Assembly: GCA_951406725.2 (NCBI GenBank)
Contig: OX597828.1
Location: 23,250,001 to 23,314,000 of the forward strand
Origin: Octopus vulgaris
Lineage: Eukaryota
Direction: 5' to 3'
Length of the DNA: 64,000 bases
Shown here: positions 13,749 through 29,092 of the stretch, one piece after another
How positions within the stretch are numbered: the first letter of the stretch is position 1
Layout of the letters: the number at the start of each line of letters is the position of its first letter
Position numbers and translations under genes: made by a program
Notes under the pieces: generated by a model
Told to the model about the DNA's origin: nothing
Database searches by the model: none
Seen by the model: the letters and a program-made list of their open reading frames with translations, nothing else

Positions 13749-14254
13749 TATTTATTTTGGATTTGCTCAAGGCAATACATAAAAACGCCTATATGATAAC
13801 ACTAACGGCTAAACCGTTCAGCTACGTTTCCATCGTATCATTCTATTCTCTCTTGAATTTGAAGAACCAGATTTATAATATGCATGAAAAAAAATGGTTT
13901 CTATTGGTTCAAACCTGAATACATTTGATATCATGTCTGCCGGATTCGTGATGACATAGGGGTTAAATATCTGCAACAAGTACTTATGAATAAGATGTGA
14001 AATAAACCTTAAGACAGTTTTGAGCACAATAATTAAACATAACGACTAGCAATATTTACTGATGATGAAAGTAAATAAGAACATGTCATTTAATGATTAC
14101 CTGTCAGAATATATTAGCACATCATAGATTTAAGTAAATAAATCTTTTTAAACTAATTATATTCATGGAAATTATGTACATGAAAATATCCGTCATAAAA
14201 CGTTTGAAAATATGAATATCATAGTTTTATGTACCTGTGTAGATATGCTGTTAT

Positions 14255-14622
<368 letters not shown>

Positions 14623-14921
14623 GCAGGGAGAGTGAAAGTACTCATGATGTGAAAGAGAATTCAAAGCCTGGTTGCAAAGGTGTGGTAAATTCTTTTTTTT
14701 TTATCAATTGCCGAATGTTGTTAATTCATATGACAGCTAAACGTTTTTAAATTTGATGGCATGTCATGTAAAGTGGAGAAATTTCTGTGATATTACGTTA
14801 ATACATTTGATATATTATAATATATTATTTAAATTATGTATATATATTTGATTATCCTCGTTTGATGTAACTATCAATACGTTTTTTAATAGATACATTA
14901 ATGCGACGTCACAGAGAAGAG

Positions 14922-15026
<105 letters not shown>

Positions 15027-16355
15027 GTATGTATGTATATATTAAGTATATGCTTATGCGTATTTCACTGAAGTAATCCTAAAGAACCAAATATAAGCTT
15101 TATAAAGGGTAATTTTTAAAATATAGTCTTAATGTGAAACGATTTTATAGATTTTTCTTTATTCGTGCCTCGCTGTTATCTAATCGAATTTGTATGAAGG
15201 CGGGATAATTCGAGTCATGCAGATATTACTTCTGATTTCTTGTTGAGTGTTGCAGTATGATGTTTTTATGTAGCACTTTTACACGAATCTATTACTTACA
15301 CTTTCGTGATTCCGAGGCTATATATTTCAGATTAATTGTTACATTGCATAAACCAAACGTGACTCACGGGGCCTAATTTCTGGGACTCTATCAAAGTGTA
15401 TTTATGTTATTAGTATTTATACTTAAATTGATTTGTAGTTAATCTTATGTAATTTCTCCCGTTTACATGGAAGCTACATTTGACTTTAATATAAATAGTA
15501 ACAGATTTTCTTCCTAACAGTCCTCTCTTTGATAAGAAGTTATTTGGGGAATTTCTCTTATTTTGAACTGCTGTTGTTATTTAGAAACTGACAATTGAAA
15601 TTAATCATTATTTTATTTTTTCCGCATGATATAATATTAGCGAAATTCATTACTGTCAATTAGCTAATTTCAAGGGAATTAAGCTGAAAATTTTCATCCG
15701 TAAAGAAATGAGCTCTTATTGCAAATACTAGCATTGGCTAAATATGGTGAAACATACAAATTGACATTTCATTTGAGTTTACTTCCAGTAGACTAACTAT
15801 ATATATGTAATAACTAAGGTTTCCTTTAAAAAACAAATAAGTGCTACTGCATTATTCTATAATCTTCCAATCCATTGAATAGTGCCACAGAATATGATAC
15901 AGGCATTTATTTCTAAATCGGAGAACTGAAATATTACGGTATCTTAAAAAAGGGTTTCCACTTAAATATACCTTTCCGAGTTCCAATCGAAAAGTATAGG
16001 GAGGCATATACGTGAAGGGGATTTTATTTTACTTAGATTTTTTTTAACATTTGTTCAGGTGTTATTCTCTATAAAGCAATATCGAAAGATATTACAGTAA
16101 TTATCGATCATATTTTAAAAATAAATATACGCATAAATTTCACGATACATACATCATTCTCATATAAAATAATGACATCAAACTTTACGGCACCTAATTA
16201 TCACTGTTGTATTGCTAACGGTAACTTTTTTTATAATAAATCTTTAAGGCTTAATATTTAAAGGTTGGAGTGGCAAACGCTTCCACACGTTATTCAATGC
16301 GTCATAAAATTGTAAGTATATAATACATACCTATTTACAAAGAAAATATTTATCA

Positions 16356-16415
<60 letters not shown>

Positions 16416-16671
16416 ACATTCATACGTATACACACACACACACATATATATATATTGTCAATATACATTAGTGTACATTTAAACAACTTTAACAAGTAAT
16501 TTAACAGGTACCTGTTAAAGGTAGTTTTCTTTTCCTCTTGTGTTTGAACTATTTTATATTGTGTACACTATCTCATATTGGGAATATGTTGTCTTTGACG
16601 TTTTATACATGTTAGGACACTGGTGGTGAGATTTCTAGGAATATTCAATTCACTAACCTATATATATCTTA

Positions 16672-16827
16672 TAGGAGTGGCTGTGTGCTAAGTAGCTTGC
16701 TAACCAACCACATGGTTGCGGGTTCAGTCCCACTGCGTGGCATCTTAGGCAAGTGTCTTCTGCTATAGCCCCGGCCTTGTGAGTGGATTTGGTAGACGGA
16801 AACTGAAAGAAGCCTGTCGTATATATG

Positions 16828-16870
<43 letters not shown>

Positions 16871-17079
16871 TTGTGTGTCTGTGTTTGTCCCCCTAGCATT
16901 GCTTGACAACCGATGCTGGTGTGTTTACGTCCCCGTCACTAAGCGGTTCAGCAAAAGAAACCGATAGAATAAGTACTGGGCTTACAAAGAATAAGTCCCG
17001 GGGTCGATTTGATCGACTAAAGGTGGTGCTCCAGCATGGCCGCAGTCAAATGACGGAAACAAGTAAAAGAGTAAAAGAG

Positions 17080-17080
<1 letters not shown>
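16672..17080 (+). mobile_element. SINE family A, full length
   Basis: aggagtggctgtgtg head through gcatggccgcagtcaaatgacggaaacaagtaaaagagtaaaagag tail; internal (TA)n(TG)n. Confidence 0.9.
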
Positions 17081-17127
<47 letters not shown>

Positions 17128-17744
17128 AGATATAAAGACAGAGATAGAAGTAGTGTAAGAAAATTTTGTGTATGTATGTAATTGGGAGAGGTCGAGTGAA
17201 GAAGCGCATAGATGGACGCCGTCGATATGTTTTACTCTCTAGTCTGCTCGATCCAATAGCCTATTGAATCACTAAACCTATGCAATTCTAAACATCTATC
17301 CAGCTATATTCCAGTGTCTTGTCCTTTCATATCTTCTCCTTTCCTCCACACAATCTGTTTTACATCATTTTAAGAGAACTTTTGTTTAATTTTGTTCACG
17401 TATCATTCTACCGTTGTTTTCTTGAATTCCTATAGTTGATTTTTTTTTGTTATAATATGAATCTGTTCTTTTTAGCTTGATTTTTTTTTTTTTTGGCTTC
17501 AGTATATTTTATTTTTAAAATGTTTTCTGATATTTCTGTAGTACCCTGCAGTGAAATATAGGATGGCAGTCTATGAAACGAATGCAAATAGATATTTCTC
17601 AAAATATATATAGAACAATACATGAAACAATCAAAATTCAAAATCATTATTTAAATTCATTTTATTTTGTGACTCTGTTGTGTGCGTGTAGGTATGTGTG
17701 TGTGTGTGTGCGTTTGTGGTGCGTGTGTGTGTGTGTGTGTATGA

Positions 17745-18374
17745 ATCATTCGAGTGCAGCCATACTGGGGTACTGCCTTCAAGAATTTTTAGTCGAATGA
17801 ATTGGCCCCGGTTGTTAGTTTTTAAGCCTGGTGTATGTTCCTGAGCCGCCAAGTTACGCGCAATTAAACGCAGGAACACTAGCTGTTCAGCGCTGGTGAG
17901 ATAGACAAATACAGGCAAACAGACACACACACACATACATCTTTATATATAAAAGTGAAGTTGTGTGTCTGTCTCCTACGATTTCGATTCCTAACTACTC
18001 CCACATTTTGCGGTACAGTTTAACCAAAACCGGGTATCTTATAGTCGTGATTCATATCGAGCCCTTCTGGGTATTAGCGCGCGTCTACGATGAGTCTACG
18101 ATTTTAAAAATAATTTACCATCATTTTTTTCCATTTTAATGCATTTTTTCGCTAAGGGAAGTAACTTTCTAAAAATGTCTACGATGAGTCAACGATTTTT
18201 AAAAAAATGTACCATCATTTTTTTTCCATTTTTAATGCATTTTTTTGCTATTTTTTGGCTATAATTCTCTAAAAATGCTCATATAGTTATTTCCCTTACA
18301 AACCCGAGCAACGCCGGGCGATACTGCTAGTTTATTATAAATATATTTATATATGACGGGCTCCTTTCAGTTTC
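17745..18374 (-). mobile_element. Old SINE family A copy split by a Helitron and cut off by a LINE fragment
   Basis: Degenerate tail half at 17745-17939. It resumes after the Helitron as gacgggctcctttcagtttc (~18355-18374). Confidence 0.6.
17940..18330 (+). mobile_element. Non-autonomous Helitron, short variant
   Basis: A|TC 5' end, subterminal hairpin cccgagcaacgccggg, CTAG|T 3' end, no TSD. Homologous to 30579-31090 and 35258-35773. Confidence 0.88.
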
Positions 18375-18375
18375 A

Positions 18376-20360
18376 GTCATTTGCGTGTTAGATTTTGACC
18401 AATATCTGACTTGGACAGGCGGTTAGGATGTTTTACATGCAGAAGTTTTCCTTTCCAGTTGTCTTCGATATTATTCATGCAATCCTTCTTTGCTTTTTGT
18501 TTGATGTTACTTTGCATCCATGAGAGGTTTGTCACTATTTGAATCTCTTGGTCTTTCTGATTGTTAATTTGTAGGCAAAGATACTTTTTAAATTTCTGTC
18601 TAGACTTCATGACTGAAGCTTACTTGGAATCTTCATGCCCCAGTGCAGTTCGTAAGAGCACATCATTTGTATTAAGGTACGTATTATTGCTGATTGGCAG
18701 TATTGTTCGAGCTGTATCAGGGCTCTTCCACTTATTTTTGTGGGGAGATAAATCTTATCTATATCTGATATTGGATGGTGCATTCAGAAGCTTGCAAAGA
18801 TTTTACGGATCTCCCTATCCATTTCTGCATGTCAGTGAGATTCCACTTAATAATATCGAAGTTTTATGTGGTTACTGCTATGGCCAAAGAATTGATCGCA
18901 TTAATACTGTTAGCAGCATTGAATTCTGAGTTTAGGACCATTCTTACTTATCGGTAGCATTCCTTGCGGATTTTCTCTTTCATTTTAGAATGCTGGATAC
19001 CATCACGTTCATTGGTTTCCAGATATTTCTATACTTCGGATTTCTCTAGATTCCGAATACCTGTGGTAGTATCAAGTTCTATATTTTGTACCTTTATGTA
19101 ACTTCGCTGCCTTGAAGGTATCCTTTGCACATTTATCAAGACCGAATTCCATACCTATATCAGAGCTGAATTCTTTGACAAACAGTAGTAGCTCGTCCAT
19201 ATAGACTAGATGATTAACTTTCTATTCAAAGATATTATACGTCTCTTAGCAGTATTCAGTTGCAGTATTCTTTTAGCAGTATTCAGTGGTTATAGGGGAC
19301 AGAGTGAGGCAGAATAGTAATGGCGATAATGAGTCACCTTGAAAGATACCACAGGTGATATTGATGTCTGGTGAGGTGGTATATCCTTGTGTATAGTTTA
19401 AAATGATGGTGGTTCTCTACGAATTCGTGATTACTTTTTAAATGTTCGCAACTATTGGAGTTATCTTGTAAATTTCCCAGGCCTTGATGATCCATGCATT
19501 GGGAAAATTGTCAAAAGCCTTCTTGTAATCTCCCCAAAAGATGCTAAGATTTCTGCGTTTAGAATAGCAATTTTCAATCAGTAATTGGCCGTTACATCTA
19601 TATGAACTCCTTTTACAACCCTTTTGTTCCACTGGGAATAACTTCAGATTATCCAAGAATTCATATGCTCTATTCGCTATCATAGATGTTAATAGTATAT
19701 ATATGATGGTGAGGCATGTTATAGGTCAGTATTTTGTGAGGTTAGTAGTTTCTTCTGTTTTGAGATAAGATATCTAATCCCTTCTATAATCCACTTTGAA
19801 TCTTTGAATCTCAGGGTTGGGCATGACTTCATTGTGTGTTACGGCAAAGTTGTGGTGGGTGCTCATTAAAGAGTTCAGCCAAAATTTTGCTATCTTATTT
19901 GTACCTGGGGATTTCCATTTCTTTGACTTGGCGAACGCCGCTTCCACTTCTTCAGTTGATATATCCTGCCATTCTTGATTTTGAGGTGGACATTGGCCTC
20001 TTCAACGTCCCCTGACCCAAAGTCCTTTCTGATTAAAATCGTTTAGATTACTCCAAAAGTTTTTTTCAAAACGCTTCAGTTTGTTGCTGGGGAGAAAGGT
20101 GTTTTCACAATAATGGTATTTTTCTCCAGTTCCCTGTAGGCGTTTTTGTGCTCTCCTTCAGTAGAATTACTTGTTTAAGGAATACAGAGCATTCTTTTGT
20201 ATACTGCCAGGCGTTTTCTTTTTGTTTTTTTTTTGTCTGAGTATTTCAATCTGTGTATCCGTTGTTTTCATGTAAAGGTCATGTTTAACAATAATTCTTA
20301 TTAGTTTCGTTTTTGCTTGCTTCAAACAGAAGCAAGCAAAGTTGGGTTATTGCCGGTTTA
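18376..20360 (-). mobile_element. Decayed R4/Dong-clade non-LTR retrotransposon, reverse transcriptase region
   Basis: Minus-strand motifs in order: WKSPGTNKIAKFW, Y*PITCL, EQKGCKR, WGDYKKAFD, GIFQGDSLSPLLFCL, VNHLVYMDE, FSSDIGMEFGLDKCAK, WKGKLLH. Many stops and frameshifts. Confidence 0.88.
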
Positions 20361-20411
20361 TTCTTTCCTAAAGTAGAAAGGGTTATTATTATTATTATTA
20401 TTATTATTAAA

Positions 20412-20921
20412 TGAGAGAGCAATGGATGCCGTCAAAGTGACACTGGGATAACATATGCGAATCCTAGTATACCCATCATGATTACTCGTCTGATAAGAGT
20501 AGGGTATACCAGGCACATCCATACAACCATATTTGCGCGACACACTCTCATATCAAAATAAACAGTGCATGATCTTTCAGGTGGGGCCCAGTGAGAATTT
20601 TCTTTACGTTCAGTAGCCCATCCTGCTCTAAATGTCCCTGAATAAGGCCTGTTTAAATACGTTGAACGAAACACCCCTGTTTCAAGAGATGAATTAACCA
20701 AACTCCAACGAATTCCTCTGAGAACATGGATATGATGCTCCATCACTACTTCTGCTTGTGATCTGAGATGCACATATAATCAGCCACTAAGGGACATGTT
20801 CAACTGGTGAGGATAAAGCAAATCTGTTGTAGTGAGCAGATTATATGCTGAAGTCCATCTTTTATACCAAAACATGATAACATTCCACTCCGTTAAGATC
20901 AGAAGGCATGAGAGCCACTGT
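20412..20921 (-). mobile_element. ~540-bp (TAA)n-associated non-coding interspersed repeat, copy 1
   Basis: Homologous to 26615-27154 (opposite strand) and 61133-61468; TTA repeats on both sides. Confidence 0.8.
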
Positions 20922-20947
20922 CAATATATTATTTATTATTATCATTA

Positions 20948-21132
20948 TTCTATGTTTGACTTTTGCTTTACATTTGCACAAGCTGGCTCCAAGTCTCACC
21001 CAGAGACCTCAAGAGACAACAAGTTGGAAGTTCATGTTGGTGTTATGACTAGAGTGCCATATATTTGGTTTTGTACTTAGTGTTGTACTACAAAATGCCT
21101 AAAAAACCATACGAAAATTACGTTTGTTTTAA
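20948..21132 (-). mobile_element. R4/Dong 3'UTR-only fragment in (TAA)n
   Basis: Near-identical to 63665-63850 and homologous to the UTR downstream of the endonuclease stop in 63204-63652. Confidence 0.8.
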
Positions 21133-21789
21133 CATATTATTATTATTATTATTATTAACTGAAAGTATAACACAGCAAACGCATCGTTGGAGAGCATAAT
21201 ACAAACTTACAGAGAAAATTAAGGAAGAGTGTATGGAACAGTATCTGTGTCATCGTACTTGGTGACTTGTTTGGAAGTAGATTCTTGGTTTATACCAACT
21301 TTTAAAGACTTGTGTTATAATTAAATAAACAATCAATTACGTTTTTTGTTTTTTTTTTTGCTGCTCCCTTCTCTTTTCTTATTTCTGTTTTGGCCTATGG
21401 CAGAATTCCTACGATTCTTCCGTTTCACATTCCATCAAACCTCTTGTAGAACCGTGAAAACCCACTTAAATCAGACCCCTACAGTCAAGTAAAAACTGAT
21501 TTCGGAACAACTAGCACTAGTTTAGCAGAACGTAAAAAAAAAAAAAGGAAAAGAAAAAAAACTGGAAAAAAAATTGGGTTGACATGCACGGAGAAATTCG
21601 GATCACAGGTCTTACTGATCTAGATTCGGAAACAATATCAGTAGTAACGACAAAAAGAACGAAAGGAGAATCGCAAAAATTGCTGTCACACATTCAGTAC
21701 TGTATCCAACACATTTAAGCGAACTTTTTATAGACATATCATACTATTGAATGGAAACGTAAAAAGTTAGCAATGAAGAGTTTCACACA

Positions 21790-21851
<62 letters not shown>

Positions 21852-21994
21852 TACTCACAGATAGACACACTGGCATACACACGCGGTGATGTATATATGT
21901 ATGAGGTATATACATGCTAGCATATATGTCTGGGTATGTGTGCGTGTGTGTGTATGAATCTCTCTCTCACTCCTTCTCTTTCTTTCTTTCTCGC

Positions 21995-22032
<38 letters not shown>

Positions 22033-22149
22033 CATATACGTATATATGTAAATATGTATATGTGTATTTATATATATATAAATATATATATATATGTGTA
22101 TGTGTGTGTCTGTGTGCGTGTCTGTATTTATGAATATGTTGGCATATAC

Positions 22150-22181
<32 letters not shown>

Positions 22182-24214
22182 GTGTGTATGTGTGTGTGTG
22201 TATCATATATTATATATTGTATATACGAAATTCTGAAATATCTTTAGGAGTTATAAAGGCTAGAATTAATTTATATTCTCTATGGGAGAATTTGGGGTTT
22301 TATCTTAAAAGCAAATGCAAATTCTGAACCATCAGATAATTTCTTATGAATGCTAAGTTTTATATAAAGCGCCTAACCGAAAGAGTTACAGAGATATGGG
22401 GAATGAGTTAGACAAAGAGAGAGAGAAAGAAATGGAGTGGGAGGAAGAAGTCTAGAGACTTTGAATGAGCTTCATAGCATGGCCGCGTCCGTTATTTTGA
22501 ATGGAGTATTCCGCAATCATCCGGTTCTATGACTATTTTTTACAGTAGTTGATAAAATATGTGCCTTGTATTAGACATACAATGCGTAGATTCTATTAAC
22601 TATATGTATCCCGTACATCACATAGAATTCTGTCTTTATAAAGCGTTTTAGGTGTTTTGCTAAGTAAGTGATGCTTATATCGAAAATTGCTTAGTTGGTA
22701 CGTTGGTTGGTTAGTTGGTTTGTTGGTTGGTAGAAGTAAGTTGAATTAGTTGAATGTAGAAGAAAAAGAAGAAGAAGATAAGAACAGACTACAGATAGAA
22801 ATAGAAGACGAATGAAATGAAGAAAAATAAACATGGAATAACCGAGTTAAAGAATAGCGGAATGAATACGCAAGAGTGAAAGAGGAAACGAACAGCTAAA
22901 ATGGCCGACTTAAACATTTATTTTATTAAATTCCAGACACTTTTATCTCTTTTCATCGTTGTTTTTGATATCGCTCTGGTCATCAGAACGTGTGTCGTTG
23001 TTGTTGTTGTTGTTGTTGCTGTTGCTGTTAATGATTATTGTCCTTGTTTTTGTCTTGTTTTGTGTTGTTTTTGGCGGTTGTTGCTGTTCATGTGTGCGGT
23101 GATCGAGGTGGTGGTTAAGGTGTCGGTGGTGTTGGCGATGGCGGCGATGTTAGTAGTAATGATGTCGCTGTTCATATCGCTGTGGTCATCAGAATATGTG
23201 TTCCTGTTGCTGATATTTATTCGTTGCAGCCGACATGTTGTTGTTATTGGAGTAACGTGGTAGTGGAGGCTTATTATCATTAGAGGTGGTGGTGGTGGTG
23301 GTGGTGGTGGTGGTTATGTTCTTACTCGTTGCTATTGTTGTTGATAGTGATGACAGTAAAATATATGTTGGTAATGTTAGAGATACTTGACAGTGAAGAG
23401 ATGTTTGGGAGGCTGATGGCTGTATTGAGGGGGATGATGATGGCGATGGAGTTGATGATGGTGAGTATGGTGATAGTGTTGATGATGATATTGATGCTAT
23501 AGATAAATATAATGATGGTATTGGGGATGGAGAGAATGGTAATACGGAGATGATGAAGGGGGGATTCACGATGACATATCTGGTGGAGGCTGAAGTGAGA
23601 TAATAGTGCAGATGTTGATGCTGGTTTGATGTTAGTAGTACAAGCGGTGCAATGACGAGGGCTGGATATAGAGGAGGCGGTTGTGACGCTGAAGGAGGTG
23701 GGAGGTGGAAGTATTGTTTTCAATGAGTTGGTGGCCTTTGTCGTACTTCTCACAAGATATCGAGATGTTTATGATAGAAATATGAGATATGATATCAGTC
23801 TAAAGAGACGTTTGACACATTTCTAAAGTCCTAATACTATTGTTTATAATAGTGTTGCGGTTGGTGGAGGAGAATTAAGTGATGTCAGCATATTATTGCA
23901 GGGACGGGTATGGTAGCGACTGTTTATTTTACGAACGTAGGTGGCCTTGTTGAGTGAAGTCGGCTTTCATCTCCTCGTGAACTGTGAGTGGCTGTGTGGA
24001 AAATTGTTGAATCTGTGAGCGGAGGACTGCATCGGAAACATTTCTGTTGATGAAAGAGAGGATGATACAAAAGGTGGTAGCGGTGATTGACAATACTTTG
24101 AAGTTTGATTATAATTTCTAAGGTCGAATATTGCAGGTCGAATAATTTTGAAGGAAACGGTACCTAACTGCTATACTATTTTATTGACAACCGAAGGGAT
24201 CAACTGTACTTTTC

Positions 24215-24430
24215 ATCCTTTCTACTCTAGGTACAAGTCCCGAAATTTGGGGGAAGGAGCAAGTCGATTAGATCGAACCCAGTACGCAACTGGGACTTTA
24301 TTTATCGACCCCGAAAGGATAAAAGGCAAAGTCAACCTCGGCGGAGTTTGAACTCAGAACGTAAAGACAGACGAAATACCGCTAAGTATTTCGCCCGGGG
24401 TGCTAACGCTTCTGCCAGCTCACCGCCTTA
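24215..24430 (-). mobile_element. SINE family C (Meta-domain-like body), tandem copy 1
   Basis: Reverse complement reads aaggcggtgagctggcagaa...gagttcaaactcc...gcctttTatcctttcggggtcgataaataaagt...ctagagtagaaagg. Confidence 0.85.
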
Positions 24431-24435
24431 AAAAT

Positions 24436-24653
24436 ATTCCTTTCTACTCTAGACACAAGGCCCGAAATTTTAGGGGAAGGGACCAGTCGATTAGATCGAA
24501 CCCAGTACACCACTGGGACTTTATTTATCGACCCCGAAATGATGAAAGGCAAATTCGACCTTGGCGGAATTTGAACTCAGAACGTAACGGCAGAAGAAAT
24601 ACCGCTAAGCATTTCGCACAGCGTGCTAACAATTTTGCCAGCTCACCGCCTTA
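24436..24653 (-). mobile_element. SINE family C, tandem copy 2
   Basis: Head-to-tail repeat of 24215-24430 with multiple substitutions. Confidence 0.85.
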
Positions 24654-24712
24654 CCGTAGTATATTATATTCGCTTGCCACAGTTGTGATTGAGATAGTAT
24701 CATAGTGGTCAA

Positions 24713-24845
24713 AAGTGGCGAAACGGCAGATTCCTCTGAGTAAATAGACAGGCGTTCTTTGTTGTCGCTTTGCATTTTGAGTCCAAATGTACCCCAAGGT
24801 CAACGTTACATTTCATTTTAGCTGACTAGATAAAGACGTACGCAT
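24713..24845 (+). mobile_element. SINE family C, highly degenerate
   Basis: aagtggcgaaacggcaga...ttttgagtccaaat...aggtcaacgttacatttcat resembles the family C head. Confidence 0.45.
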
Positions 24846-25699
24846 CAACGGAGATATCCCGATCGGAATTTAAAAACTGATATAGGGTTGGAACTTAGGA
24901 TTTCAGTGCCGCTATTTGTGTTTTGACTGCAAGGACTATCACAGGATTTCTGCTAAGTTGTATAGATCGAATTCAGCGGCCTTCCTCTTGCATTAACATC
25001 ACCACCGTGGTAGGTAGGAACCTTGCATTAATAGGTATCTATCAAACTTCATAAATTTGTCGAGGACTGCACACGTTGTTCTGGTCAAGATATGGCTTCC
25101 GCACTTCACCATTGCACAACCGATGCTCTACATGGCTGTGTTTTATTTTTCTTATGCAGAGCTGTGTTGGAAAAATTCCTCTTGTATATGGCGTATTGCT
25201 TAGGAAAGTTTCTGGTTTATTTTGAGAAATTTGATTTAGGATTTGTCACATTTATGTTACTAACTTTATTGGAGCGGATCTATAATTAAAGCAATTCTAT
25301 CCGTGACTGTCCCATCTCTTTCCTATATATAGGGAACACATTGTCATCCAAGATAACATGACCTTTAGTTTTTTTGTTTTCATTTTGGTAATGCAGTACA
25401 GTGTAAATGAATGTCGAACTGCAGGCTATTTTAGCGACCACATGAGGGGAGGTGGGGTGGAGGTATTCATCGTTGTTGTCGTGGCGTCGGTGGTTGTGGT
25501 GGTGCTGGGGATGGGTGGGGTTGAAATATGATAGTTTTGTATCCGTGGAGTTTACCCCCAAATTAGTGCTGTGGCCGTTAGGGTGATGGTGATGGTGATG
25601 GTGATGCTAGAGTTGGATGTGTTCTTTCCATATTCACTGATCACATATTTGATCGGGATATCACTTTTCAGATTGTTTATACGATGTTTTTCTTGCTGT

Positions 25700-26612
<913 letters not shown>

Positions 26613-26614
26613 TA

Positions 26615-27154
26615 TGCCCTGATGGACAGGCAGTGGCTCTCGTGGCTTCTCATCTTAACTGATTGGTAGTGTTATCATGTACATTGCTTTGTCCTGGTAT
26701 AAAAGATGGGCAACAGCAAATATTCTACTCAATACCATAGATTTGCTTGTCAGTTGTTTGACCGTAACCAGTTGACTATGTCCCTTTCTAGCTGACGATA
26801 TGTCCATCTCCGATCACGAGCAGAAGTAGTGGGGGAGCATCATAGCCATGTGTTGGGAGGGATTATTTGGGGGTTTGAATAATTCACCCCTGGAAACATG
26901 GGTGTTTAATGCAACATCCTTAAACAACCCTTATCCAGAGACCATTTGAGCGGAATGGGTTACTCGACTAGAAGAAAACTCTAACTGGGTCCCAGCTGCA
27001 AGGTCATGCGCTGTCAATCTTGATATGACATCATTTAACGCACATATGGTTATAATGCATGTGCCAGATATACCCTTATCAGAAGGGTTGTAATGGTGAG
27101 TAAACTGGGCTTCGTATAGTTGTACCCCAGTGTTACTTCGACGGCATGGACTCA
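26615..27154 (+). mobile_element. ~540-bp (TAA)n-associated repeat, copy 2, apparently full length
   Basis: Starts tgccctgatg directly after (TAA)n and ends ...ctc-aataata. Reverse complement of 20412-20921. Confidence 0.8.
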
Positions 27155-27160
27155 ATAATA

Positions 27161-27281
27161 TTTCATCGACCTTGAAAGGATGAAAAGCAAAGTAGACACC
27201 GAAGTAGGACGAAGTGACGGGTGAAATATCGCTAAGCATTTTTTCCAGCGTGCTAACGACTCTGCCAGCTCGCCGCCTTAA
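27161..27281 (-). mobile_element. SINE family C, 5' half
   Basis: Reverse complement begins taaggcggcgagctggcagagtcgttagcacg. Confidence 0.8.
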
Positions 27282-27325
27282 CATGGACTACGGTAATGAT
27301 ATGTATTAGTATTGTTGTTGTGTGA

Positions 27326-27536
27326 AAGGCAGAGCTAGCAGAAACGTTAATGGGACACGCAAAATGCTTGGCGATATTTCATCCGGATTCACGTTCTGAG
27401 TTCAAATTCTGCAGAGATCCCCGTTGCCTCTCAACTTTTGGAGTTCGAAGAAATAAGTCGCAGTAGAAAACAGTGGTTGATTTAGTTGATCTACCACACA
27501 CCCAAAATTGCTGGCCTTGTGCCAAGATAGGGAAAG
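27326..27536 (+). mobile_element. SINE family C, diverged
   Basis: aaggcagagctagcagaaacgtta...acgttctgagttcaaattc...ggccttgtgcc. Confidence 0.75.
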
Positions 27537-27699
27537 ACAGATAAAGAGAGAGAGTGTGTGTTAGTGTGTTTGTGCGTGTGAGTGTGTGTGTTTGTGTGAC
27601 TCTGTGTAAGGGTGCGAAAGACGGTATGGTAGTGCTGGAAAAAGGTAATGCTGACGTAGGTTGTGCTGTTAGTGATTGCCATGGTTATGATGAATGTGA

Positions 27700-27746
27700 T
27701 GCAGAACTAATTAATGGTAGTGATGGTGGTTTTGGTGAGGTTGTTG

Positions 27747-27778
<32 letters not shown>

Positions 27779-27986
27779 GGTGGTAGTGGTGGTGGAGGGT
27801 GCGGCAAAGTTTGTGACGATTGCTCTACTGATTGGTGGTGCAAATGGTGCTGCAGCTGCTGACGCTGGTGCGGATGTGGTCACCATTGCTGCTGACCATA
27901 ATGCTTTTGGGGGACGCTAATGATGACTACGCAGGACAAGTGCTGTTGGTGATGCGTCTGCTGCTGATGATGATGTCGACGACGAC

Positions 27987-28017
<31 letters not shown>

Positions 28018-28079
28018 ATGAAGAAGATGATGAGGATGACGATGATGATGATGACGATGATGATGATGTTGACGATGAC

Positions 28080-28116
<37 letters not shown>

Positions 28117-28420
28117 TTGACGATGATGATGATGACGATGACAATTATGCTTATTGCCGTTGTTGTTGCAGTTGTTTTTGTGGTTGTTGGTTTTTTATTG
28201 TGATGATGTTGATGATAATGGTGAAGTAGATGTTGTTGTTGGTGGTGGTGTTGCTGTTGATCATTTTAGATTACGTTGGCAACAACGACAACGATGAGGT
28301 CGATGATGATGATGATGTGGACGATACTGATAATGATGGTGTTGATGATGATGATGATGATGATGATGATAATATATGATAGTGATGATGGTGATCATGA
28401 TGATGACGATGATGATTTCG
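27700..28420. repeat. (GAT)n/(GGT)n/(GTT)n low-complexity block
   Basis: Read directly. Confidence 0.9.
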
Positions 28421-29009
28421 GTCCTAGCAATGGTGGTACTGCTGCTTTTGGGCGGTATTTTTATTGCCAGTTTGATATGCTCGGATTTTTCTTCTATTTT
28501 TTTTTCTTTCCTATTTCAATATTCCGTCTTTATGTTTTCTCAAGTTTCAATTAATTAAATAACTCAAACACACATACACAGATACACACATAAACACACA
28601 CACATACGCATATGCTCGTCTACTAATGCACATATTCACACTCACTCTTCATAGAGAATATTTGAATGACTCTAACACCTTTATTTATTGTGTTTCGCTA
28701 ATTTCCTTCTTCTTTAGATCTCCTTCATTCCTAATCTATCTGTCTGTCTGTTTGTCTGTCCGTCTCTCTATCACACACACCCATATACACATATGCTCTC
28801 TCCCTTCCCACGTCTCTCTCTTTTTCCCGTTCTCACTTTTATGTATTTCTCTCCATTCTCTGTCTCTGTATGCATCTCCTTACATCTTGTTTGTCTCCCC
28901 ACCACTCTTCCTCTCTATCAACTTGTTCGCGTATTTTTTATCTAATCTTTCAATCTTAATATGTGTGTGTGTATAAGCGTGTATATATCTTTTATGCAAA
29001 CACATACAC

Positions 29010-29041
<32 letters not shown>

Positions 29042-29053
29042 ACAGACACACAG

Positions 29054-29090
<37 letters not shown>

Positions 29091-29092
<2 letters not shown>

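Noticed and set aside
21600-21710. LTDLDSETI...QKLLSHIQ resembling an RTE RT motif
   Set aside because: The catalytic DD is absent and the similarity is too short.
23280-23720. Gly/Asp/Val-rich stretch resembling a low-complexity structural protein exon
   Set aside because: Stops interrupt the + frames and no splice signals were found; it is consistent with a decayed triplet repeat.
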